From: Octopus sinensis | Taxonomy: Eukaryota | Assembly (NCBI RefSeq): GCF_006345805.1 | Contig: NC_043018.1 | Span: forward strand, 21,266,001 to 21,330,000 | Reading direction: 5' to 3' | DNA length: 64,000 bases | In this document: positions 1-55,163 of the stretch, in pieces | Layout of the letters: each line of letters opens with the position of its first letter | Numbering within the stretch: the stretch's first letter is position 1 | Translations under genes and position numbers: made by a program | Notes under the pieces: model-generated | The model's database searches: none | What the model was told of the DNA's origin: nothing | What the model saw: only the letters and a program-made list of their open reading frames with translations

Positions 1-104
1 TTTCTCAGCTTAAGATGCAAATCTTTAAAATTTGTATTAGTGACATGATTTGTAGTTTAAATCAATTGTATCAATATAAATTATTTGAATTTAATATTAA
101 TTTT

Positions 105-420
105 AATTTTACGTGCCACCGGCACATAAAAAGCACCATCCGATCATGGCTGTTGCCAGCCTTGCCTGGCCTCCGTGCTGGTGGCACGTAAAAAGCACCA
201 TCCGTCCGTGGCCGTTTGCCAGCTCTGTCTGGCACCTGTGCGGGTGGCACGTAAAAAGCACCCACTACACTCACGGAGTGGTTGCCGTTACGAAGGGAAT
301 ACAGCCGTAGAAACACTGCCAGATCAGACTGGGCCTGATGCAGCCTTCTGGCTTCCCAGACCCCAGTTGAACCGTCCAACCCATGCTAGCATGGAAAGCA
401 GACGCTAAATGATGATGATT
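105..420 (+). mobile_element. RTE LINE 3' end fragment with GAT tail
   Basis: Matches the 3' UTR of the 57637-60222 element; ends gacgctaaatgatgatgat. Confidence 0.8.
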
Positions 421-471
421 AATTACACTTAAATACAATAAAAGAGGGAAAAAGTTGGTTAGGTACCATAC

Positions 472-42968
<42,497 letters not shown>

Positions 42969-43990
42969 CGTATAAAGCCGAAGACAAGACTGTCCTCAGC
43001 TGAGGACCACTGCTCTTAATATGTTTGTAGTTGCGCATAGTAAAGATGTAATAGACATGTCATTAGCCCACGTGATGGAAACTCCGCGAAATTAACGAAT
43101 CACTGCCGCGCTCGGCCCACCGCAATTAGGACTTTAATGTTTACCGTCGGTGCTTTTACTTAACCAGCAACACAAAAGAACCAACATCAGAGGCTCCTAT
43201 TGTCACACTCAACAATGTAAACACATCACGAGTCAGCAAGCGGTATCGTTTTTGTATGAGTTTTTGTTTTGTTGTTCGACCAGGTAGAAATGAAACGACG
43301 GCCATGCTGATTATGTGTACGTTCCGCTAGAAGTAAGACGTGATGGTCACGCCTGTAACTTAACCTTGGTTGATATTATTACACTACGCTGCAACAACAT
43401 ACCCAGAGTACGATTTCGACTTCACACACCAAAACAATATCCGCGTGTACGGCACATTGAGAGCGCTTCTACGTTGTCTTTCGACCTGCTAGTAATAGCA
43501 ATTGATTCTTCCTAAAAGTCTTTCCTTGATGTTATAAGGAAAAGTTCGGGTGAAGGCTTTAGATAATGCAAACAGTATGTTAGATCCGAAGAACTCAGTC
43601 GTCTCTGCGTCAGTAATTCTTGAGGATGAAGCGAGTAGTATCCTTCGTCGGAGAGGTACAAATGGTATGTCCCGAAGCATTAGAGTTTTTCCTCCATCTG
43701 TAAACAAGTTTATTACGCATTTGAATTGGATAACGTAAACCACACACACATTCTCGACTGGAATATCTTTGACCATAGGCTTGCCCGAAAGGAGCTGATT
43801 TGTGACGAAACAAAACACTTCAATTACATCCACCACAACGGCGAAAGTAAACCGTACATACACTCGGTGTTTAGGGTTAGGGTTTTTGTTACGCCCGAAA
43901 ACGGGTAGTGTACGTATTCTTAAACTCCGTCCACCACAGCAAGATACAAACTGCACAAAAAAGGTGGGGGGGGGGCGACGAAGGAGCCTT
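42969..43990 (-). promoter_or_regulatory. Probable 5' UTR and proximal promoter of the ABCC gene
   Basis: Repeat-free, visibly CpG-richer than the introns, immediately upstream of the ATG; transcription start not determinable. Confidence 0.5.
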
Positions 43991-43996
43991 TAAGCC

Positions 43997-44300
43997 ACTT
44001 GTTCTCAAGAGGGATCCATATGACACCTGAGAGCGCACACAAGCAAAATAGTAAAATGGGGTCCGCAATAGTATTTTCAGGGTTCATGAAAAAAAGTTGC
44101 TTTAGAATTAGCCTGGTTTCTTTCTTTAAAGTTATACATAGTTCAACTTAGGTGAATGTATGAAAGACAAAAATGGGAATTTTGAAAGAAGCATCTATAA
44201 GACTAATTGTTAAACATTGAATGACTACGGGAGTCCGTATGAATAGAATAGTAACCAAAAGGGTCCACAAATAAAAGAGAAAAAGGTTGAGAACCACAGC
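43997..44300. mobile_element. Probable hAT-type MITE
   Basis: Imperfect TIR-like ends CACTTGTTCTCAA / TTGAGAACCACAG; no clear TSD. Confidence 0.45.
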
Positions 44301-46017
44301 TTTATCGATCGTTCGAAGCTGCTAGTAGTAGCAGCCAAAATTTTCTCGAATCTCAGCCGACCATTTAATTAATTTTTTTTTTTTTTCGAACTTGATCTTA
44401 AGTTCTGCTCGATCAGAGCTGGACTGGGACAAGATATCACCCAGCAACCAAACAATGTGACTCGCAGCTATATCGCTGCAGCATAGTGGGTCTGCTTAAA
44501 ACAGGACTGACAATAACATTTCTACAAATTTCGCTGCACATGCAAACAACAGTTATTACGAATTGCATAACAATGGCTCGGGAACAGAGTGGAGGAGCAC
44601 GGGAGATGCAAGCGCATCCCCTTAAAATTGCAATGAAGACGCTTTGAATATCCCTCTGAAAAACCTCACCAGAACGAACGAGTGTAGAAACGTTTTTGGA
44701 CTGATACGAAACATTACTTTTCCATTATTGGAATCATCTGATTTGATTGATGTACAAATAATGATAATAATAATCACAATTATTATTATTATTATACCTT
44801 AGCCGGCGAGCTGGCAGAATCGTTACTGCACAGGGCAAAATGCTTAGCTGCTTTTCGTCTGTCTTTATGCTCTGAGTTTAAATTCAGCCGAGATCAACTT
44901 TACCTTTGATCCTTCCAGGATCGATAAAACAAGAAGTGATTAAGCACTGGGGGGTCGATGTAATTGATTTACGCCCTCACCCGACATTACTGGCCTTGTG
45001 CTAAAATTTGAAACCAGTAATTATCATTATACTTTTATGTTTTAATATCAAGATTGAAAAAAAAAAAATCGACCTTGTTTGTGACAAATTTTGCACCCGA
45101 GATTGCACCTGCGAAGCAGATTTCGTTCCCGCGCTTACATTACATGGAACACATTGATAAAAATCTCAACGCAGGCATGTTTTTAAAGTGAGCAAAATAA
45201 CACGAAAATGTGCTGAGAATATTCTCGAAAATAGCAACAACACAAGTGTTTAGATACGATAGATTTTTCTTTTCTCTCGATAATTTGATCTTTTTTTACT
45301 TCAAATGACTTTTTTTTTCTTTTCTTCCTATCAAAATATGTTGTCCATAAAACCGAAAATGTTTACGGGGTAAAAAGAAAAAAAAATTAAATATGCATAT
45401 CGTTTGTAAGGTAATTTTAGCTTTAATTAAAATATTTTATTCTAAAAAAAGAAAAAAAAATGTTAGCTTCTTGCCGGATTAGGTCGAGCTCCCCACAGGA
45501 TCCCAAAAACGACAGGTAGAGGTTTTGGGAACCAGATAAATTCTAAGATATATTCCAGGATTAATTGAAAACATTATTTTTATATATTTCATGAAAGTTA
45601 AGATTTGAGTTTAATGATTACATATATAATGCGTAATATAAAACCACATTAAAATGCAAATCCCAAATCGAAAACGAACACGGAAGAAGAGAAAAAGAGG
45701 AAGAAAGAAATGTAAAAGAAGGAAAAAATCAAGGATTTGTTCTCAGGTGGTGGTGGTGGTGGGGAGACAGATAGATCCAGCAGAGATAAAGAAAGTGAAC
45801 CTTTGCAGCCAGTTAGGGGTTCCGGGGTGGGATGCCACTAATTGCTTTTCTTGTTAAGAGTAATTTGGGGAGAGGTGGCGGGAATTTAAGACGATTAGAG
45901 TGATGATGACACACACGGACATGCACATAGACACAAGTATGTGTGACAGTGATAAGTAATTCCTAATTCATCCCATTCGTACACACACTCACAGACATTC
46001 ACATATATATCTATCTA

Positions 46018-46372
46018 CTAGCACTATGACCCGGCAATGCCAGGTCATAGTGCTAGTGCATGCATATACAGCTGTGTGCATGCGCACATACACGCGAGTA
46101 CTGTCCAAATCTCCAACCAATCACATACAGCTAGCTGGCATTCACTTGGTGTATCAAGTTTCGGAAATTTTGATTGGGTTTTGGATAGAAAATTCACCAA
46201 AAATCACTTCTACTGATTTTTTAATGGCTTTGCGGGGTGACTGGGGAAATGTAAAAATGTGCTCGACCACCCTTGGACGGTTTTGAATGACCATAGAAAG
46301 TGCGAGCCCTCTAACTGAAAAATTGTGGATTTGTATAAAGGATACACACACACACAGACACATTTTGCCGTT

Positions 46373-46425
<53 letters not shown>
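46018..46425 (-). mobile_element. Helitron-like element, copy C
   Basis: Near-identical body to copy A with a different flank. Confidence 0.72.
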
Positions 46426-46429
<4 letters not shown>

Positions 46430-46824
46430 GCGCAGGAGTGGCTGTGTGGTAATAGACGGAAACTGAAAAAAGCCTGTCGTATATATGTATATATATAGTG
46501 TGTCTGTGTTTGTCTCCCTAGCATTGCTTGACAACCGATGCTGGTGTGTTTACGTCTCCGTCACTTAGCGGTTCGGCAAAAGAGAATAAGTACTGGGCTT
46601 ACAAAGAATAACTCCCGGGGTCGATTTGCTCGACTAAAGGCGGTGCTCCAGCATGGCCGCAGTCAAATGCCTGAAACAAGTAAAAGAGTATACACACACA
46701 CACACACACATATATATATGAATGTATATGTGCATAGATTTGTATATAAATCTTTCTCTCACACATATATATATATATATATAGAATATATGTGTGCATC
46801 TATTTGTATATAAATCTCTCGTTT

Positions 46825-46901
<77 letters not shown>

Positions 46902-47376
46902 TTGTATGCACACAAACACAGATTGTGTGGGATTACTGCATGCAGACATCCTACTTGTGGCCATATTCTCTTTTGATACAAATACAAGAGAACAGTTAAC
47001 TGATACTTTCCACCGTTTTAGTGAGATGTGTCAACGTATTAATGTACGGATTAGTGTAGGAGTACTTAAGTATGTGCGTGTATGCGTATGTATGTATGTT
47101 TATATATGCGTATGTATATGTGTGTGTTTGTATGTATGCGCACATTTACATATACATACACTCGTGTACATATAGAAGCAGAAATATTGTTTTTATTTTT
47201 TATTCGTTTCTGTCATGCAATTGCGACCATGTTGGGGCACTGCTTTTAAGGTCTTAGTCGAAGAAACCGGATGCAATTTAAATCTGATACTTGTATTGCC
47301 TATCGGACTATTTTTTTTTGTTTTTGCCAAAGTGCTAAGTCAGGTGAACACAAAGTACTAACAGCTGTAAAATAAT

Positions 47377-47431
<55 letters not shown>

Positions 47432-48419
47432 TGTATATATGTGTGTGATATATATATATATATATAGGAGTGGCTGTGTGGTAAGTAGCTTGCTTACCAA
47501 CCACATGGTTCCGGCACATAAAAAACACCCACTACACTCATGGAGTGGTTGGCGCTAGGGAGAGCATCCAGCTGTAGAAACATCGCCAGATCAGACTGGA
47601 GCCTGGTGCAGCCTCCTGGCTTTCCAAACCCCGGTCGAACCGTCCAACCCATGCCAGCATGGAAAAACGGACGTTGAACGATAATGATGATGATGATGAT
47701 GATAGGTACAAAGCCTGAAATTTTGTTGTTAGTCAATTATACCAACTCCAGCGCTCAACTCTTTTACTTGTTTCAGGCATTTGACTGCGGCCATGCTGGA
47801 GCACCGCCTTTAGTTGAGCAAATCGACACCAGGACTTATTCTTTGTAAGCCTAGTACTTATTCTATCAGTCTCTTTTGCCAAACCGCTAAGTTACAGGGA
47901 CACAAACACACCAGCATCGGTTGTCAAGTGATGTTGCGGGGACAAACACAGACACACAAACGTATACACACACGCGCATACATACATATATATATACATA
48001 TATACGACAGGCTTCTTTCAGTTTCTATCTACCAAATCCACTCACAAGGCTTTGGTCGGCCTGAGGCTATAGTAAAAGACACTTGCCCAAGGTGTCACAC
48101 AGTAGGACTGAACCCGGAACCATGTGGTTCGTAAGCAAGCTACCATACCACCATAAAAGCATTGACTAAGGGGGCTGCCCTCATTCAAGTGGTTTCAAAT
48201 CTCTGTAACACTGCACGTTAGCTGTGCAGACTGTAATGAAGCCTTTTTATTTAAGACTTTGGCTATGTTTTTTTTCCTCAACATATGGTTCTGGGTTCAG
48301 TTCCACTGCGTGACATCTTGGGCAAATGTCTTCTGCTTTAGCCCTGGGCTGACCAAAGCATTGTGAGTGGATTTGGTAGTCAGAAAGTAAAAGAAGCCCG
48401 TTTTATATATATATATATG

Positions 48420-48535
48420 ACACATGACCGACCAGACCATCAGATGTTGTTACACATCGCTGGTCACAATGCGTTCGCATTGTTTTTTAGCCTTCGAATG
48501 ATGCCACCCCGCTGGCTAAGCGAGCAGGCCAACAG
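48420..48535. repeat. Short interspersed repeat (three copies)
   Basis: GACCGACCAG...TACACATCGCTGGTCACAATGC...CCCGCTGGCTAAG shared with ~56035-56140 and, more diverged, ~18430-18530. Confidence 0.65.
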
Positions 48536-48720
48536 AAGAAAGAGTGGTGAAAGAGTACAGCAGGGATCACCACCCCCTGCCGGAGCCTCGTAGAGCTTTT
48601 AGGTGTTTTCGCTCAATAAACACTCACAACATCCGGTCTGGGAATCGAAACCGCGATCCTGCGACTGCCAGTCCGCTGCCCTAACCACTAGGCCATTGCG
48701 CCTCCACACACACACACACA

Positions 48721-48778
<58 letters not shown>

Positions 48779-48788
48779 CACATACATA

Positions 48789-49004
48789 TGAGGGGCTGCT
48801 AAAAAGTTCCTGGCTTTAAGGGTATTGCGAAAGGCTTGGTTTGAGGCCCAACATTTCGAGTTCTTTCACAGGGCTTAGAAAAACTGAAGGACCGCTGCAA
48901 TAATTGTGTGAATCTGAGAGGGGAATATGTTGTATAAAATCATAATTAACTGATCCTCCTGTATTTTCTGTTACCCAAAGCTGGGAACTTTTCAGCACCC
49001 CCTT
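48789..49004 (+). mobile_element. Mariner-derived non-autonomous element
   Basis: TA then GAGGGGCTGCTAAAAAGTTCCTGGCTTT / AAAGCTGGGAACTTTTCAGCACCCCCT imperfect TIRs; internal GLEKLKDRCNNCVNLRGEYV resembles a mariner C-terminus. Confidence 0.75.
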
Positions 49005-49027
49005 CTGTGTGTGTGTATATTTATATA

Positions 49028-49335
49028 TCACCTTGATCACCTTGACCGACCAGTTCGTCGAGCGTCCATTTGACACCACTGGTCACAGCACGCTGTCCAC
49101 TCCTCTCTGGGTCGCGCCTTTCTCATCCACGTGATCCCAATCGTCTTCCTGAAATCGTAACTCCACCGTCGCGGAGGCCTTCCGGGTGGTCGTTTCCGCT
49201 CGCGCGAGTAGCACTCGACAACTGCGCGGACCTCCGATTATTGGTGAGCTGGGCGATGTGTCCAGCCCATCTAAACTTGCTGCGTGTATACTCTGTGATG
49301 ATATCCCTCATGCCGAACTTCTTTCTGATGATATA
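49028..49335 (-). mobile_element. Third LINE 3' remnant (RTE-like)
   Basis: DIITEYTRSKFRWAGHIA, then after a frameshift RKRPPGRPPRRW; (CAAGGTGAT)n tail. Confidence 0.78.
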
Positions 49336-49975
49336 TTTATATATACATACATACATATATATATATCTATCAAAATGTGTATGTCTTTTTGTCTGTGTTT
49401 GTCTTCCTTCACCACTTGACCACTGGCATTGGTGTGCTTATATCTCCACAGCCTAGCAGTTCACCAAAAGAAACTGATAGAATAAATACCAAGCTTGAAG
49501 AAAACAAGTAATGATGTCGACTCGTTAGACTAAAATTCTTCAGTGGCTGCAATCCAATAACTGATACATGTCACAAAGAAAAATATTCAAAAGATATCTG
49601 CTGAATTCAGTGACAGTAAACAGGACAATTTAATTTAGACACAATTCTAATGAGTACATTCCACACTGAAGAATCTGTTTCCTAGGAATTTGTCCTTCGT
49701 TCTGTGGGAGAATTGCTGTTGTAAATATGTTGTGTTGCTGCAACAGACATTGTCATCTTTCACACCTCACTCATTTTAATTGTTGCAACTTTTTAGCTTT
49801 GCAATTGTCTCTTGTGTCAGTTTTGTCTTTTTTTATAATTGTGTCTTTGCAATCAATCAGGTTTCGTTCATATAATTTATTGTAACTTAGTAATTAATCT
49901 GAGAAGTGATTTTGAATTTAATTTATAACATGAAACAGCTTGTATTGTTACTTATGTGTGTGTGTGTGTGATGTG

Positions 49976-50026
<51 letters not shown>

Positions 50027-50028
<2 letters not shown>

Positions 50029-50230
50029 TAATCCAAACAAGAAAACAAAAGACAACAACGCAAGGATGGGGAACAAATAAGTATTATTGGGCGCTCAGGA
50101 AAGAAGGGAGAAGGAGAGTTTGACGTTTCGAGCGGAGCTCTTCATCGGAAACATAGGAGAAAGAAAGATCCCGAGGTGGGAGGACAGAGGGAAAAAAAAT
50201 GCAAGAGGTCTTCACGAGGTCAACACACAT
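50027..50230 (-). mobile_element. Probable Penelope-like element terminal fragment containing the hammerhead
   Basis: Unique ~200 bp between microsatellite tracts carrying a minimal hammerhead of the PLE-associated architecture; no ORF evidence. Confidence 0.45.
50118..50152 (-). ncRNA. Putative minimal type I hammerhead ribozyme (Penelope-type, U4C core variant)
   Basis: Minus strand GUUU-CCGAUGA-A-GAGC(UCC)GCUC-GAAA-CG-UC|AAAC: stems I and II fully paired, palindromic ACGU stem III, GUC cleavage triplet. Confidence 0.72.
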
Positions 50231-50296
50231 ATATATGTGTGTGTGTGTGTGTGTGGTGTGTATATATATATATTTATATATATATATGCGTATGTG

Positions 50297-50421
<125 letters not shown>

Positions 50422-51276
50422 ATGTATATAAGTTCAGCAAAATTTAGATTCAGATGAATATGGTACTTAAGTTAAAGACACCAGAATTTGGCATGGTATT
50501 ATCCATATAAATCAAATGGGGTGATTATAATCAAAATAAGCAACAAGGATATCCAAGATAGTGTAGTACAATCGTTTCATGCTACTTCATTTTATTAAAC
50601 ATTGTAAGTATTACATCAGTTTTAAGATGTTGAGCAATCTTCAGCCACATATAGAATTTTTTTATTAAACGGACAATGCACATTTTTATACTTATTTCAT
50701 TTGCCAACATTACAAAGAGGGTAGATATATAGACAGAGAGGTTAATTTCATCATTAAGAACATGGTGGTAGTATGTCCTTCTCCATCTGTAGATTTTTAT
50801 CACTGAGTTCACTTTGTTATTTAGATCTATCAGTGGAGAGGGGGTTTCTATTCTTGGTTCAATGGAGACAAACAAGAATTTTTTTCTATTTATAGATAGA
50901 GGAAGGGGTAGTACAAATGTCAAAGCCATAAATCCATCCTCATTCTGAGTTAAATTCCTCAGAATGAGGACAGATTTACGGCACGGGGCCAGTCAGGCGG
51001 TACTGGCAATGACCTCACTCGAATCTTTTTACACATGTCACCAGCCCCGGTGTCAGTAAGGCGACGTTGGTAACGATCATGCTCGAATGGTGCCCTTTTA
51101 TGTGCCACTGGCATGGAGCCAGTTGGCTGCTCTGGCAACGATCATGCTCGGATGGTGCTCTTTGCACCCCGTTAGCATGGATGCCAGTCGTTGAATTTGA
51201 TTTTGATTTCACTTGCTTCAACAGGTCTTTGCAAGCAGAGTTTAGTGATCAAAGAAGGAAAAGGTACGCATATATG

Positions 51277-51333
<57 letters not shown>

Positions 51334-51879
51334 ATACGACTCCGCCTGGAACAGTGCTATATCTTTAATTTACAGACAACTTCCTCTACGGACTAAACAC
51401 AACCCCCTCCTCCTATTGACTGCCTCTACACCTCCCGCAACAAGCAACTTAATTTCATTTTCCATTTTTCATTTTTACTTGTAATTGCACCATTTGTACA
51501 GCTGAGTGAACTGGAGCAACATGAAATAAAGTGTCTTGCTCAAGAACAGAACACACTGCCCAGTCCAGGAATTGAACTAACTACCTCGTGCAAGACTGGC
51601 AATCAACACCATTTGCATTACAGCAAAGAAACATACACACACACACACAAAACAAACTTCTATATGTATATATTCATTATTCTTTATATAGATAGACAGA
51701 TAGATAGGTAGCTTGTGAGATAAATATGACAGGGCCTTTTTTCAGTTTCTGGTTACCAAATTTACTTTCACAAAGCTTTGGTCCACCCTGGGCCGTAGTA
51801 GAAGACATTTGCCAAAGGTGGCACAAAGTGGGGTCGAACCCAAGACCACATTATTTGGAAGTAAATTTCTAATCACATC

Positions 51880-52310
51880 ACGTAAAAAACACCATCCGAG
51901 CGTGGCCGTTCGCCAGCCTCGTCTGGCACCTGTGTCGGTGGCACATAAAAAACACCATCCGAGCGTGGCCGTTCACCAGCCTCGTCTGGCATCTGTGTCG
52001 GTGGCACATAAAAAAAAAAAAACACCATGAGCGTGGCCGTTCGCCAGCCTCGTCTGGCACCTGTGTCGGTGGCACAAAAACACACATCCGACGTGGCCGT
52101 TCGCCAGCCTCATCTGGCACCTGTTCGGTGGCATAAAAAAGCACCCACTACACTCACGGAGTGGTTGGCGTTAGGAAGGGCATCCAGCTGTAGAAACACT
52201 GCCAGATCTGACTGGCCTGGTGCAGCCTTCGGGCTTCCCAGACCCCAGTTGAACCGTTCAACCCATGCTAGCGGACGTTAAACGATGATGATGATGATGA
52301 TGATGATGAT
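51880..52310 (+). mobile_element. RTE LINE 3' end fragment with four ~60-bp internal tandem units
   Basis: Shared 3' UTR, (GAT)n tail at ~52285-52310. Confidence 0.82.
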
Positions 52311-53829
52311 CAACACACCTGCACCAACTACCTTTATATGCTCAATCATTTTCCAATGACACGCATTTTCAATTACATTTTTGTCTTTTATCAGCCATCT
52401 GCCTTGTCATCGAAGCTTCTGTTATCGGTGACAAGCATCGTTGTCATTGTACTTAAAGAGCCTTACTTTAAACTCTTTAACTGTGTTACTATGTCAGTAC
52501 TCACTTCCCTTACATTAAAGTACATATAGATAATGGCACCTCTCAAGTCTTCCAAGAACTTTTTAACAATTAGCCGAGGATTTTGTTTTGTTTTGTTTCA
52601 GCACATTTCTAGTGCCCAGCGATCTTTAATACCACCACCACCACCACCGTCATCGTCGTCATCATCATGTCATCATTTAATGTCCATTTCTCCATGCTGG
52701 CATGGGTCGACCCCAGTGCATAACTGGTACTTAATTTATCGACCCAGAAAGGATGAAAGGCAAAGTTGACCTCGGCAGAATTTGAACTCAGAACGTAATT
52801 CCAGACAAAATACCCATTTCTTTACTACCCACAAGGGGCTAAACACAGAGGGGACAAACAAGGACAGACAAACGGATTAAGTCGATTACATCGATCCCAG
52901 TGCGTAACTGGTACTTATTTAATCGATCCCGAAAGGATGAAAGGCAAAATCGACCTCAGCGGAATTTGATCTCAGAACGTAGCGGCAGAAGAAATACCGC
53001 TAAGTATTTCGCCCGGCATGCTAACGTTCCTGCCAGCTCGCCGCCTTTTCCAGACAAAATACCGCCAAGCATTTAGCCCGGCATGCTAATGTTTCTGCCA
53101 GCTCACCACCTAATTATTTGAGTTTTGGTGGTCTACCCCAGTCAATTGGTGACCTTTGACCTTGTATAAATTTTCCTTGCATAACATAATTTGTGTCTAC
53201 GCTGACGATGTGTTGCACTAACTGTCATCTATTGAACTGAAAATGGTAAATATTTCCTGCAGACGAACGGTGGGATATAATGCAATGTCAAAGCTGACGA
53301 GCAGGATTTTGTACTTGGTCATTAACCAACAAAATTAATTACTGCTCAGAGCATTATCATGCTTGCTACCTTAACAAACTTGATAATTATATCATAATAA
53401 ATTGTATTAAGATAATGGCAATAATAATGGTTTCAAATTTTGGCACAAGGCCAGTAATTTGGGGGAACCTGATTATATCCTTTAGGATTTAACTTGGCAT
53501 GTTTTCAAAATAACTCAGGATTGAAGTTAAACAAAGTTTCATATATTTGAGGGGATTAATAAGGTTTGTTGATTAGTTATCAATAGCCAGGTTCCTGGAA
53601 CAGCTTGCAAGAAGCAAATCAATTCCATAAACAAATACATAAATGGTTTTTTTTCGGTTAAATTTGACAGTTTGCATATAAGGTAAAAAAACACAATAAC
53701 CAGCTGGTGGAAGATCTGCCTGGGGTTAAACTTGTAGTAACACTGAACAGCCATATTGATGTGGTGATTGATTTTACAACACAAAATCCAATCCAAAAAT
53801 AAAAGATTAAAAAAAAAAATTAAAAAAAC

Positions 53830-54780
53830 ATTGACTAGATTATGACTGGGAGATAGTCACTCTCAGTTTCCACAACAGCTCCAAGAGAGCTCCAGAACTT
53901 GGCACATGCATTCCTCATTGTGTCCTTGGGAAGATCTTCAAATACATTCTCGATATTGGCCACCAACTTGGCCTTGGTGGTGCAGGCAGAGTGGTTTGTG
54001 TTTTTCTCAATTGCGCCCCATAAATTGTAATCAATGGGATTACAACCAAGGGGATTAGAAGGTCAGAAATTCTGATTCTTTCCAGGGGTATAGTAAGGAA
54101 CCAAATCCTATTTCTTTACTACCCACAAGGGGCTAAACACAGAGAGGACAAACAAGGACAGACAAATGGATTAAGTCGATTATATCGACCCCAGTGCGTA
54201 ACTGGTACTTAATTTATCGACCCTGAAAGGATGAAAGGCAAAGTCAACCTCGGAGGAATTTGAACTCAGAATGTAACGGCAGACGAAATATGGTTACGCA
54301 TTTCACACGGCGTGCTAACGTTTCTGCCAGCTCGCCGCCTTAAGGAACCAAATCCTGCTACCACACATATGGCTTTCCAGCAACAACCCTCTCCAACCAG
54401 GGCTTCACCAGTCTCCAGCAGCTTTACATAGTTGCCTGAATTGAGCCAAAGTCCCTGGGGGAAAATTCTTGCATGCAGATGCAATCAAAACACCTGCCGT
54501 GTCCCTTCCTCCTGGCTTCAGCTTCGTAGTCCCTGTTGCCGCTGTCCAAGTCACTCACATCTGACAGCCTTTACAGTGTTCACAGAGCATTGAGCAGCAG
54601 TCAAATATGTTGGCATTCTGATGTCCGCTGCAAACCACCATGATACAGGTAATTTTTTTCCAATATTCAGCAGGCTTTCGGTCCCCCTTGTTATCTAACT
54701 TTTTTCTGAACTACAACATTAATCTTCATGTTCTTCAATGTCGTTGTCTGTTCGCTAATACTTCGAACCATTCCTGAAAA
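53830..54780 (-). mobile_element. Decayed Tc1/mariner-superfamily transposase (possibly DD37D/maT-like), interrupted by a SINE
   Basis: Fragments LNSGNYVKLLET, PYVW*QD, NF*PSN..CNPIDYNLWGAIEK...TKAKLVANIENVFEDLPKDTMRNAC; stops and frameshifts. Confidence 0.8.
54110..54340 (-). mobile_element. SINE family 2 (~230 bp) with 16-bp TSD
   Basis: GGCGGCGAGCTGGCAGAA head, GAGTTCAAATTC B-box, tail AAAGAAATA; TSD TAAGGAACCAAATCCT at 54094-54109 and 54341-54356. Confidence 0.9.
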
Positions 54781-55070
54781 AAGAAGACATATAAAAAAAA
54801 CAAATTATCAAATTTAACCTGAACATCCTGTATATTAATTAAGCTTTAATTACTCTTTTTACTCTTTTACTTGTTTCAGTCATTTGACTGCGGCCATGCT
54901 GGAGCACCGCCTTTAGTCGAGCAAATCGACCCCGGGACTTATTCTTTGCAAGCCCAGTACTTATTCTATCAGTCTCTTTTGCCGAACCGCTAAGTGACGG
55001 GGACATAAACACACAAGCATCGGTTTTCAATCAATGCTAGGGGGACAAACACAGACACACAAACACATAC

Positions 55071-55163
<93 letters not shown>

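Noticed and set aside
43216-43238. FOX-like TGTAAACA and antioxidant-response-like ACGAGTCAGCA motifs upstream of ABCC
   Set aside because: Short motifs expected by chance; the ARE has a mismatch in the core TGA
43868-43884. Telomeric TTAGGG repeat
   Set aside because: Only two units; not an interstitial telomere
50582-50929. 115-aa ORF
   Set aside because: No recognisable domain or splice context; TTG/ATG frames of this length arise by chance
51886-51945. HDV-like ribozyme resemblance (CCAGCCTCGTCTGGC) in the 60-bp unit
   Set aside because: Could not build P1, P1.1 or a catalytic C in J4/2
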